A DNA stretch of 13,757 nt from a virus. The stretch is from IMG/VR virus record IMGVR_UViG_3300021966_000146, positions 1-13,757 of that record; one strand, 5' to 3'. Both the position numbers and the translations under genes were made by a program. A model generated the notes under the pieces. The model saw nothing but the letters and a program-made list of their open reading frames with translations. It did not search any database and was not told the origin of the DNA. Below, in pieces: positions 1-5,732 of the stretch; position 1 is the stretch's first letter, and each line of letters begins with the position of its first letter.

Positions 1-13
1 CTCACTATTCCGC

Positions 14-53
14 ATTAACGTATTCCCCTATTAACGCATTAACGCTTTAACGC
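14..53 (+). repeat. TTAACG iteron cluster inside the left ITR (mirrored at 13705..13744)
   Basis: TTAACG occurs at 15-20, 31-36, 39-44 and 47-52. The last three form a tandem 8-mer array: ATTAACGC (30-37), ATTAACGC (38-45) and TTTAACGC (46-53). GCATTAACG is also duplicated at 12-20 and 36-44. The repeats are directly visible; any role as a protein-binding site is inference. Confidence 0.6.
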
Positions 54-70
54 GCTAAAATAATAAAGCA

Positions 71-90
71 CACTTTAATACTTTAAAGTG
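71..90. repeat. Perfect 8-bp-stem/4-nt-loop palindrome inside the ITR (mirrored at 13668..13687)
   Basis: CACTTTAA (71-78), TACT loop (79-82), TTAAAGTG (83-90). It lies between the iterons and the ITR promoter. Function unknown. Confidence 0.5.
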
Positions 91-163
91 ATACAAGTGC
101 ATTGGAGTACAATAACGTAGAATTGTCTGAATATTACGACTTTTATAAATTTGAAAAAATCTA

Positions 164-191
164 TTGCTTTTTATAGTGGGTATGCTATAAT
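164..191 (+). promoter_or_regulatory. Sigma-A-type promoter with extended -10 in the left ITR, firing inward
   Basis: -35 TTGCTT (164-169), 16-bp spacer, TGc extended element (183-185), consensus -10 TATAAT (186-191). The predicted start near 198 gives a 5'UTR of about 25 nt before the ATG at 223. Confidence 0.7.
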
Positions 192-222
192 AGACTTATC
201 AAATGAAAGAGAGGTAATTGAT

Positions 223-444
223 ATGAGAATCGGAGAAAGAAGCTTATATGAAATTGAAGTAGACTATAATTGCGGATTGATTGAAAACGAGTATGCTGAT
301 ACTGCAATGAGCATAGAAGAAGTTAAAGAACTTTGCAAAAGTGACTATGTAGAGGGTTACTTAAATTTAAAGAGAGAACTTGTAATACTATTATCTAATA
401 ATAGATATTTTAAAGTATTAAATAGGAGGGCTTTAGGATGGTAG
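223..444 (+). CDS. Hypothetical left-end early protein, 73 aa
   Basis: ATG at 223 lies 8 nt after GAGAGG (209-214). The TTG at 151 used by the ORF track is upstream of the predicted transcription start and inside the promoter. The N-terminal two thirds are acidic. No family recognised. Confidence 0.7.
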   Translation: MRIGERSLYEIEVDYNCGLIENEYADTAMSIEEVKELCKSDYVEGYLNLKRELVILLSNNRYFKVLNRRALGW

Positions 445-498
445 ACGCAATAGCAATTACTTTATTATGCTTAGGATTTTATTTAGGAGGGTACGACA

Positions 499-753
499 GT
501 GCAAAAGAAAAATATGGAAAGAAACATTGATTTCGACAAGAACGGGTATTGTAAAGATAGGGACACGTATAAGAGTCCCTATTATGCTATTAAAGCCTTT
601 AATAACAACGAACACAATAAAGGATGCAATATGTACGATATCGACAAACGACCTATATTAAGAGAAACAGAACAAGGTGAGTATATTATATTAGGAGAAA
701 CTATTGAAATCGGATATGAAAAGGTGATTAAAAATGGAAACAGTGAGAATTGA
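499..753 (+). CDS. Hypothetical early protein, 84 aa
   Basis: GTG start 8 nt after AGGAGG (485-490). It overlaps the next gene by 20 nt, consistent with operon packing. No family recognised. Confidence 0.65.
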   Translation: MQKKNMERNIDFDKNGYCKDRDTYKSPYYAIKAFNNNEHNKGCNMYDIDKRPILRETEQGEYIILGETIEIGYEKVIKNGNSEN

Positions 754-1300
754 TTTAAGACGAAAAGACGTAGATATAGAAGAAGTAAGAAGTATCAGGA
801 GAAAGCTTGCAAAGAGAGCAAATCAGAGATTGCGTGTTTTAGAAAAAAACAAACTTACAAAGAATGCTTACAGAGTAGCCACATATTATACGCAACAGAC
901 AAGAGGAAAAGACAGATTTAGTGAAGCAAAAATGGTTAAGGCAGATATGCGATACTTAAAGCAAGAAATTCTTGAATTGGAAAGATTTTTAAATTCCGTA
1001 ACTTCTACCTTGACGGGATATAAGAAATTAGAACAACAGAGATTGAAAGTTTTTCGAGATTATGGACTTGAAGTTAAAGACACACAAGAGTTTTTTGACT
1101 TTTTAAATTCTGAAATATATAAACAACTTGCTAATAAAGCTATTTCATCCGACATTCTGCAAGAATTTTACGACACAGTAAAATCGAAAAAGGACGCAAA
1201 GAAAGAGGAAATACAGAAAGCCCTTGAAAAGTTCAGGGCAGGAAACATTGACACAATAGATGAACTATATGAGGAATTTGATTTAACATTTATGGAGTAG
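734..1300 (+). CDS. Candidate terminal protein (protein primer for the DNA polymerase), 188 aa
   Basis: AAGGTGA RBS (720-726) lies 7 nt before the ATG. The gene is immediately upstream of the protein-primed PolB gene and 3 nt from it, the conserved TP-pol arrangement of phi29 and Cp-1. The protein is highly charged and helical. From memory it shows loose resemblance to phi29 p3: a basic N-terminus (RIDLRRKD... vs RIRIKDND...), ADMRY vs ANMRY, and an acidic C-terminal tail (IDELYEEFDLTF). No search was run. Confidence 0.55.
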   Translation: METVRIDLRRKDVDIEEVRSIRRKLAKRANQRLRVLEKNKLTKNAYRVATYYTQQTRGKDRFSEAKMVKADMRYLKQEILELERFLNSVTSTLTGYKKLEQQRLKVFRDYGLEVKDTQEFFDFLNSEIYKQLANKAISSDILQEFYDTVKSKKDAKKEEIQKALEKFRAGNIDTIDELYEEFDLTFME

Positions 1301-1303
1301 ATT

Positions 1304-3337
1304 ATGGTAAAGTTTAATTTAACGGGAGAATTTAAAAATGAAGAAGCATTGTTTTACGAGGTGAAAGACCTTACCCCGTTAGATTATGCTATGAACTGTG
1401 ATATAGTATATAGTAAAGCAAGAAATAATAAGAAAGCATATTACAATTATCCGAACACATTTGATATTGAAAGTACGACAGTAGATTGTGAAGAACCTTA
1501 TGCTTTTATGTACATTTTTATGTTTTGGTACAACGGAAAGGCTATATGCGGTAGACGTTGGGAAGAATTCGTTGAATTTATGGATAATGTTGTTAAATAT
1601 AATGATGAAGATATAAAGGTAGTATTTTATGTTCACTATTTATCTTATGAATTTCAATTTATTAAAGATTTTTTGAATTGGCAAGAAGTATTTGCAGTAG
1701 ACGCACATAAGGTATTAAGATGCACTTATGAAAATATTGAATTTCGGTGTTCTTTTTATTTATCCAATATGAGTTTAGAAAAGTTTTGCGAAAGCGGAAA
1801 GAACGTGAAACACTTAAAACAAGCCGGACACTTTGACTATAAAGTGTTAAGAACTCCTATCACAGTCCTGACGGATGAAGAATTAACATATTGTTATTGT
1901 GACGTAGTAGGATTGCATGAAAGATTGTTAGAGTCTTTAGAAGATGATACAATGATTACAATACCTTACACAAGTACAGGATATGTAAGAAGAAATTGCC
2001 GTTTAGCAATGCGAAAAAACAAGGCGAATAGAGAACTGTTTTTAAAAACACGTTTAAATAAGGAAACTTACACCTTATTAAAAGAAGCTATGCGTGGAGG
2101 AAACACACACGGAAACGCTTTGCACGTAGAACAGATAGAGCATGATGTTAAATGTTTTGATATTGCTAGCTCATATCCAGCCGTAATGATGATGAAATAT
2201 TATCCTGTTACTTGCTTTACAAAGGTAAAACCTACTATGAAAAGCTTTGAAAAATACTTAAAAGAGTATTGTTGTTTATTTAGGGTACACTTTATCGGAT
2301 TAAAGATAAAGAAAGAAGTTCCAGTGCCGTATATATCCGAACATAAGTGTCTAAAGAAAATAAACCCTTTAATTTTTAACGGGCGCATAGTCGAAGCAGA
2401 AGCTGTTAGCATGACAGTTACGGAAATTGACTTTGACATTATCAATTCTGAATACACTTATGAAAAGTTTGCTATTTCCGATTTTTACATCGCGAAACGA
2501 GGAGAACTACCAAAAGAATTAAAAGATGAAATTATGACTTACTTTTATAATAAGACTACTTTAAAGAAAGTAGACCCTTATTTGTATGCGAAGAGTAAGA
2601 GTTTATTAAATGCAATTTTTGGCATGGCTTGCACAGACCCTGTACGTGAAATAATGTTATATTCTGAAACAGTAGGATGGGTAAGAGAAACAGAAGATAT
2701 AGATGAAGCACTTGATAAATATTATCGCTCTTATAATAGTTTTTTGCCTTACCAATGGGGAATTTGGGTTACCGCCCATGCAAGATTACAGTTAGAAAAG
2801 TCTTTAAGGCTGACGAAAAGTCATACTGTATATGTTGATACAGACAGTAATAAGTGCGTAGATATACCTGATAACATTTTAGACGGACTGAATGAAGAAA
2901 TAAAGAAAGAAGCAGAGGAACATAAAGCATACGTTGATTTTAACGGTGAACGCTATTATCTAGGAGTATTTGAACAAGAGGACACTTGTAAAGACTTTAT
3001 AACAATGGGTGCGAAGAAATATGCTTATACGGAAGAAGACGATACATTCCATATAACAATTTCAGGTGTATCTAAAAAATTAGGTGCACAGGAAATGATT
3101 GATAAAGCAAAAGAAGAAAACACTCTGCCAATTGAACAGTTTAAAAGGGGGTTTATATTTTATAATTGCGGTAGAACAGTACACCGCTACAACGAAGAAA
3201 GACCGCACTACATTACAGTAAACGGTTGTAAGATACTGAATGCAAGTAACATTGCAATTACTGATAGTACATACAAGTTAAGTACGACAAATGATTTTGA
3301 AAGTTTTATTGAAAATAACCTTGACATTATGATTTGA
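1304..3337 (+). CDS. Protein-primed family B DNA polymerase, 677 aa
   Basis: GGAG (1294-1297) lies 6 nt before the ATG. Exonuclease motifs: Exo I FDIES (D54 at 1463-1465), Exo II HYLSYEFQF, Exo III YCYCDVVG. Polymerase motifs: A DIASSYP (D286 at 2159-2161; phi29 DVNSLYP), B KSLLNAIFG (phi29 KLMLNSLYG), C YVDTDS (D512/D514 at 2837-2845), and a KxY-like GAKKYAY. It is about 100 aa longer than phi29 or Cp-1 polymerases; the extra length is mostly before Exo I and after motif C. Confidence 0.95.
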   Translation: MVKFNLTGEFKNEEALFYEVKDLTPLDYAMNCDIVYSKARNNKKAYYNYPNTFDIESTTVDCEEPYAFMYIFMFWYNGKAICGRRWEEFVEFMDNVVKYNDEDIKVVFYVHYLSYEFQFIKDFLNWQEVFAVDAHKVLRCTYENIEFRCSFYLSNMSLEKFCESGKNVKHLKQAGHFDYKVLRTPITVLTDEELTYCYCDVVGLHERLLESLEDDTMITIPYTSTGYVRRNCRLAMRKNKANRELFLKTRLNKETYTLLKEAMRGGNTHGNALHVEQIEHDVKCFDIASSYPAVMMMKYYPVTCFTKVKPTMKSFEKYLKEYCCLFRVHFIGLKIKKEVPVPYISEHKCLKKINPLIFNGRIVEAEAVSMTVTEIDFDIINSEYTYEKFAISDFYIAKRGELPKELKDEIMTYFYNKTTLKKVDPYLYAKSKSLLNAIFGMACTDPVREIMLYSETVGWVRETEDIDEALDKYYRSYNSFLPYQWGIWVTAHARLQLEKSLRLTKSHTVYVDTDSNKCVDIPDNILDGLNEEIKKEAEEHKAYVDFNGERYYLGVFEQEDTCKDFITMGAKKYAYTEEDDTFHITISGVSKKLGAQEMIDKAKEENTLPIEQFKRGFIFYNCGRTVHRYNEERPHYITVNGCKILNASNIAITDSTYKLSTTNDFESFIENNLDIMI

Positions 3338-3349
3338 TTGTGATATTAT
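3321..3349 (+). promoter_or_regulatory. Internal sigma-A promoter in front of the SSB-like gene
   Basis: Consensus -35 TTGACA (3321-3326), 17-bp spacer, TGa extended element (3341-3343), -10 TATTAT (3344-3349). It straddles the polymerase stop codon (3335-3337). Confidence 0.65.
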
Positions 3350-3419
3350 ATACTTGTAACAAAGAAACAGATTTATTAAGAAAGAACAACACTATATCTA
3401 ATTAAATGGAGGAAACAAC

Positions 3420-3767
3420 ATGAACAACAAAATTATGGTAAACGTAACAGCAAAGGACATCTTTAACGCACAGGCAGGAAAAGGATTTAAAGAAGCTGGT
3501 AGCGGAAAACTTGAAGGAATGCTTACCGGCTACGCAGTATACGACACAGAGTCAGCGAATAAAACAACTGGCGAAATTGAAACAAAAACAATCTCTTTAA
3601 TGATTGTTGACGGGGAAATCTATTCTGGTGAAAGTATTGTAATTGCTGACAGAGTAAGGCAGTTAGAACAGTTTACAACAGAAGAAGAAATTAAAGCAGG
3701 TATTCCTATTCAGTTCGGTGAATTGAAAGTAGGTAGAGGAACAGCAACAACCTTTATGCTGAAATAG
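3420..3767 (+). CDS. Candidate single-stranded DNA-binding protein (phi29 p5-like), 115 aa
   Basis: GGAGG (3408-3412) lies 7 nt before the ATG. The gene has its own strong promoter and is followed by a terminator hairpin, which suggests high expression. Its size and its position in the replication module fit an SSB. From memory of phi29 p5 there are shared stretches: IFNAQ, DGxxYSxxS, and a C-terminal G-x-G/S...F-x-L. This needs a profile search. Confidence 0.5.
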   Translation: MNNKIMVNVTAKDIFNAQAGKGFKEAGSGKLEGMLTGYAVYDTESANKTTGEIETKTISLMIVDGEIYSGESIVIADRVRQLEQFTTEEEIKAGIPIQFGELKVGRGTATTFMLK

Positions 3768-3779
3768 GAAAGGAGGAAC

Positions 3780-3804
3780 GGCGGTCAAATTGACCGCCTT
3801 TTCT
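3780..3804 (+). terminator. Rho-independent terminator-like hairpin after the SSB-like gene
   Basis: GGCGGTC (3780-3786), loop AAATT, GACCGCC (3792-3798), then TTTTCT. It sits between a GGAGG (3772-3776) and the ATG at 3808. Confidence 0.6.
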
Positions 3805-3807
3805 GTT

Positions 3808-4809
3808 ATGTATTTAAACTTAGAAACATTGGAAAATAAATTAGATGTGTTTAATATAATTCTGGGAAATCGTGGTGGAGGAAAGACATATACTTGTTTA
3901 AGAGATTGTATAAAGAATGGAAAGAAATTTATATATTTAAGAAGAACACAGAAAGAGATACAGCGTATTGCGAAGAAGAAAGTAGATGTGTCCTTATCTC
4001 CTTTTGAGCCACTCAATAAAGATTATCCCGACTGGAATTTGGAAGTTGAGCCACTTGATGATGATATATATGCGGTTACAAACGGACTTGAAGATGAAAA
4101 GAAAAGTGTAGGGCTTATGTGTCCTTTAAGTACCTTTGCAAGTATGCGCGGTTTTTCTGCGCCAGATGTGGAAGTAATTATATTTGATGAATTTAATCCT
4201 GAATTGCACGTAAGAGGGATTAAAAATGAAGATGATGCATTTTTTAATATGTACGAAACAGTAAATCGAAACAGGGAACTGCAAGGAGAAAAGCCCGTAC
4301 AAGTATTTCTATTAGGTAATACAAACAATATTGCAATTCCAATTCTAGAAACACTCGGTTTAATTGAAGTGATAGAGGGAATGCAGAGAAAAGGAAAGAA
4401 ATTTTATAATAACAGAAATCGAAATTTATTTTTAATGCTAATGGAAGATAGCGACTATATCGAAAAGAAATCAAAGACAGCTTTATACAAGCTTACAGCA
4501 GGTACAGAATTCTATGAAATGGCACTTGAAAACAAGTTTGCATATAATGACTTTAGCGATATAGAAGTTAAAAACCTGAATGAATACCGACTAGAATTTA
4601 CTTGTAACGACTTTGCAGTTTGGAAACATAAAAGCCGATTTGAATTCTATGTAACAAAGAATACAACAGGACGAGTAGACTATGAAAGCACAGAAGCCGA
4701 AGCAATGGCTTTACGAAATCGCATGAGATACTTATATAACGCTTACGTTGGAAGAAAAATAATTTATCAGAATTATAGGGTAAAAAAGTCCTTTACAAAT
4801 TATGTGTAA
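3808..4809 (+). CDS. DNA packaging (encapsidation) ATPase, phi29 gp16-like, 333 aa from ATG 3808
   Basis: Walker A GNRGGGKT (3865-3888) and Walker B VIIFDEF. Collinear similarity to remembered phi29 gp16: FNIILGNRGGGKTY...KFIYLRR vs FVIGARGIGKSY...QFIYVRR; YETVNRNRE vs MDTVFRNRE; GTEFYEMALENKF vs GTEYGEMSLDNQF. The start is ambiguous: the track start, TTG 3790, lies inside the terminator loop 13 nt after the GGAGG, while ATG 3808 has no adjacent SD. Confidence 0.93.
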   Translation: MYLNLETLENKLDVFNIILGNRGGGKTYTCLRDCIKNGKKFIYLRRTQKEIQRIAKKKVDVSLSPFEPLNKDYPDWNLEVEPLDDDIYAVTNGLEDEKKSVGLMCPLSTFASMRGFSAPDVEVIIFDEFNPELHVRGIKNEDDAFFNMYETVNRNRELQGEKPVQVFLLGNTNNIAIPILETLGLIEVIEGMQRKGKKFYNNRNRNLFLMLMEDSDYIEKKSKTALYKLTAGTEFYEMALENKFAYNDFSDIEVKNLNEYRLEFTCNDFAVWKHKSRFEFYVTKNTTGRVDYESTEAEAMALRNRMRYLYNAYVGRKIIYQNYRVKKSFTNYV

Positions 4810-4820
4810 TGTGTTATTAT
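4792..4820 (+). promoter_or_regulatory. Sigma-A promoter with extended -10 at the end of the ATPase gene (candidate late and/or small-RNA promoter)
   Basis: -35 TTTACA (4792-4797), 17-bp spacer, TGt (4812-4814), -10 TATTAT (4815-4820). Predicted start around 4827-4829. It has the same TGnTAT(A/T)AT design as the promoters at 186 and 3344. Confidence 0.6.
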
Positions 4821-4827
4821 AATAATC

Positions 4828-4895
4828 GAGGAAGGGAACAACTCAAGGCTCGGAAAGCCGTTCACGGGTGGGAGCACCTAAACCTTCCTCTTTTT
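4828..4895 (+). ncRNA. Candidate small structured RNA (three-way junction closed by 5'/3' pairing, ending in a U-run); alternatively a terminator or leader element
   Basis: GAGGAAGG (4828-4835) pairs with CCTTCCTC (4883-4890) and is followed by TTTTT (4891-4895). Two hairpins sit inside: GGCT/AGCC (4847-4850/4856-4859, loop CGGAA) and GGTG/CACC (4867-4870/4875-4878, loop GGAG). The predicted promoter start coincides with the 5' base of the outer stem. This is the largest non-coding gap in the genome. Folded by eye only. Confidence 0.3.
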
Positions 4896-4904
4896 CCTAA
4901 AGGG

Positions 4905-4917
4905 CATGAAATTCATG
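4905..4917. promoter_or_regulatory. Perfect 13-bp palindrome CATGAA-A-TTCATG upstream of the lysis/late genes (candidate operator or hairpin)
   Basis: Directly visible. It lies between the 4792-4820 promoter and the GGAGG (4931-4935) of the holin gene. It can be extended by G-U/G-C pairs to 4902-4920. Confidence 0.4.
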
Positions 4918-4942
4918 TTCTTTATGGAAAGGAGGAAACGAA

Positions 4943-5155
4943 ATGAATGAAATTGTGACAGTAGTCACGAATGCAATTAGCAATGTTGGTTTTCCTATCT
5001 GCTGTGTCGGTGCGCTAGGTTATCTTCTGTATCGTGAACAGGAATTACACAGAGAGGAAAGCAAAATGTTTACAAGTGCAATTAAAGATTTAACGGTTGC
5101 ACTTACACAGCTCTCGGAAAAGTTGGGAGGAAGTGAAGATGTTACGGATTATTGA
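4943..5155 (+). CDS. Holin candidate, BhlA/UviB-like, 70 aa
   Basis: GGAGG (4931-4935) lies 7 nt before the ATG. It has a single N-terminal hydrophobic segment (VVTNAISNVGFPICCVGALGYLLY) followed by a charged helical tail (REQELHREESK...), the BhlA/UviB layout. It is immediately upstream of the GH25 endolysin and overlaps it by 17 nt. Confidence 0.65.
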   Translation: MNEIVTVVTNAISNVGFPICCVGALGYLLYREQELHREESKMFTSAIKDLTVALTQLSEKLGGSEDVTDY

Positions 5156-5732
5156 TGTAAGTAATTGGCAAGAAGGACTTGTAGATTTGGCACATCTGGA
5201 AAAGTACAACGCTGACGGGGTAATGATGAAAGCAACAGAGGGAAGAACCTTTACTGATAAGTCCCTCGATAGCTTCTATGACCGATTACACGGAGCAAAA
5301 GACGGAAAACCTGATAGAAATAAAATCTATGGTTTCTATCATTACGCAAGACCTGAAAACAATTCTCCAGAACAAGAAGCACAGCATTTCCTTGACAAAG
5401 TAGGACACCACGCAGGCTATGCGATTTTTGCTTTGGATTGGGAAGGGAAAGCATTAAACTATCCCATTACATGGGCTATTCGTTGGCTTGACTATGTTTA
5501 TGAAAGAACAGGTGTTCGTCCCTTGATTTACACACAGGGAAGTTACACAAAGTATTTACAGAAAGTCTTAAATAGGGACTATGGACTCTGGGTAGCGCAT
5601 TATGGAGTAAAAAAACCGAACATTGGAGTTTATCCGTTTTACGCAATGTGGCAGTTCAGTGCAGAAGGCATTGACCATAATTATTTTAATGGTGATGAAA
5701 AAACATGGAAAAAGTATTGTGAGGTGAGATAG
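5139..5732 (+). CDS. Endolysin, glycoside hydrolase family 25 muramidase, 197 aa
   Basis: ATG 5139 lies 8 nt after GGGAGG (5125-5130); the track start at 5097 has no RBS. GH25 signature blocks are present: IIDVSNWQ, MMKATEG, GFYHYARP, ALDWE, LIYT, LWVAHY, MWQFS. No separate cell-wall-binding domain is evident. Confidence 0.9.
   Translation: MLRIIDVSNWQEGLVDLAHLEKYNADGVMMKATEGRTFTDKSLDSFYDRLHGAKDGKPDRNKIYGFYHYARPENNSPEQEAQHFLDKVGHHAGYAIFALDWEGKALNYPITWAIRWLDYVYERTGVRPLIYTQGSYTKYLQKVLNRDYGLWVAHYGVKKPNIGVYPFYAMWQFSAEGIDHNYFNGDEKTWKKYCEVR

Larger units (their letters stand above)
1..219. repeat. Left inverted terminal repeat, 219 bp, perfect reverse complement of 13539..13757
   Basis: I compared 1..219 with the reverse complement of 13539..13757 in 10-mers and found no mismatch. 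Identity breaks at 220 (g vs a) and then partly resumes through the ATGAGAA at 223..229. Long ITRs are typical of protein-primed linear genomes; Cp-1 has about 236 bp, from memory. Confidence 0.97.

Noticed and set aside
151-222. TTG-initiated N-terminal extension of the first ORF (track ORF 151..444). Its first 23 aa are identical to those of the ORF at the other end.
   Set aside because: The identity is simply the ITR read in the same frame. The segment contains the promoter (-35 at 164-169, -10 at 186-191) and lies upstream of the predicted transcription start, and nothing lies upstream to transcribe it. ATG 223 has a proper RBS.
467-661. 64-aa + strand ORF overlapping 499..753 in another frame.
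   Set aside because: It has no SD upstream of its ATG and a basic, low-complexity composition. The competing frame has a GTG 8 nt after a perfect AGGAGG and fits the operon packing.
1379-2457. Minus-strand ORFs (1379..1636 and 2200..2457) inside the polymerase gene.
   Set aside because: They lie antisense to a gene with all Exo and Pol motifs intact. Their I/F/K/N-rich composition is typical of the reverse frame of AT-rich coding DNA, and they have no RBS. The same applies to the other minus-strand track ORFs at 3663..4016, 4023..4474, 5251..5886, 7159..7686, 9090..9800, 10600..11285 and 11445..11654.
3790-3807. TTG 3790 as the start of the packaging ATPase (track start).
   Set aside because: The TTG sits in the loop and 3' arm of the terminator hairpin, 13 nt from the SD. 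I kept it only as an alternative, and ATG 3808 is preferred. This is unresolved without N-terminal data.
4828-4890. tRNA or tRNA-like gene in the structured intergenic region (it contains GTTCAC, reminiscent of a T-loop).
   Set aside because: It is only about 63 nt, the arms do not fit a cloverleaf (no D arm or 5-bp anticodon stem), and the T-loop-like motif has only a 3-bp stem.
5097-5138. Upstream ATG 5097 as the endolysin start.
   Set aside because: It has no SD and would add 14 non-conserved residues that overlap the holin gene extensively. ATG 5139 lies 8 nt after GGGAGG and begins directly at the GH25 IIDVSNWQ block.
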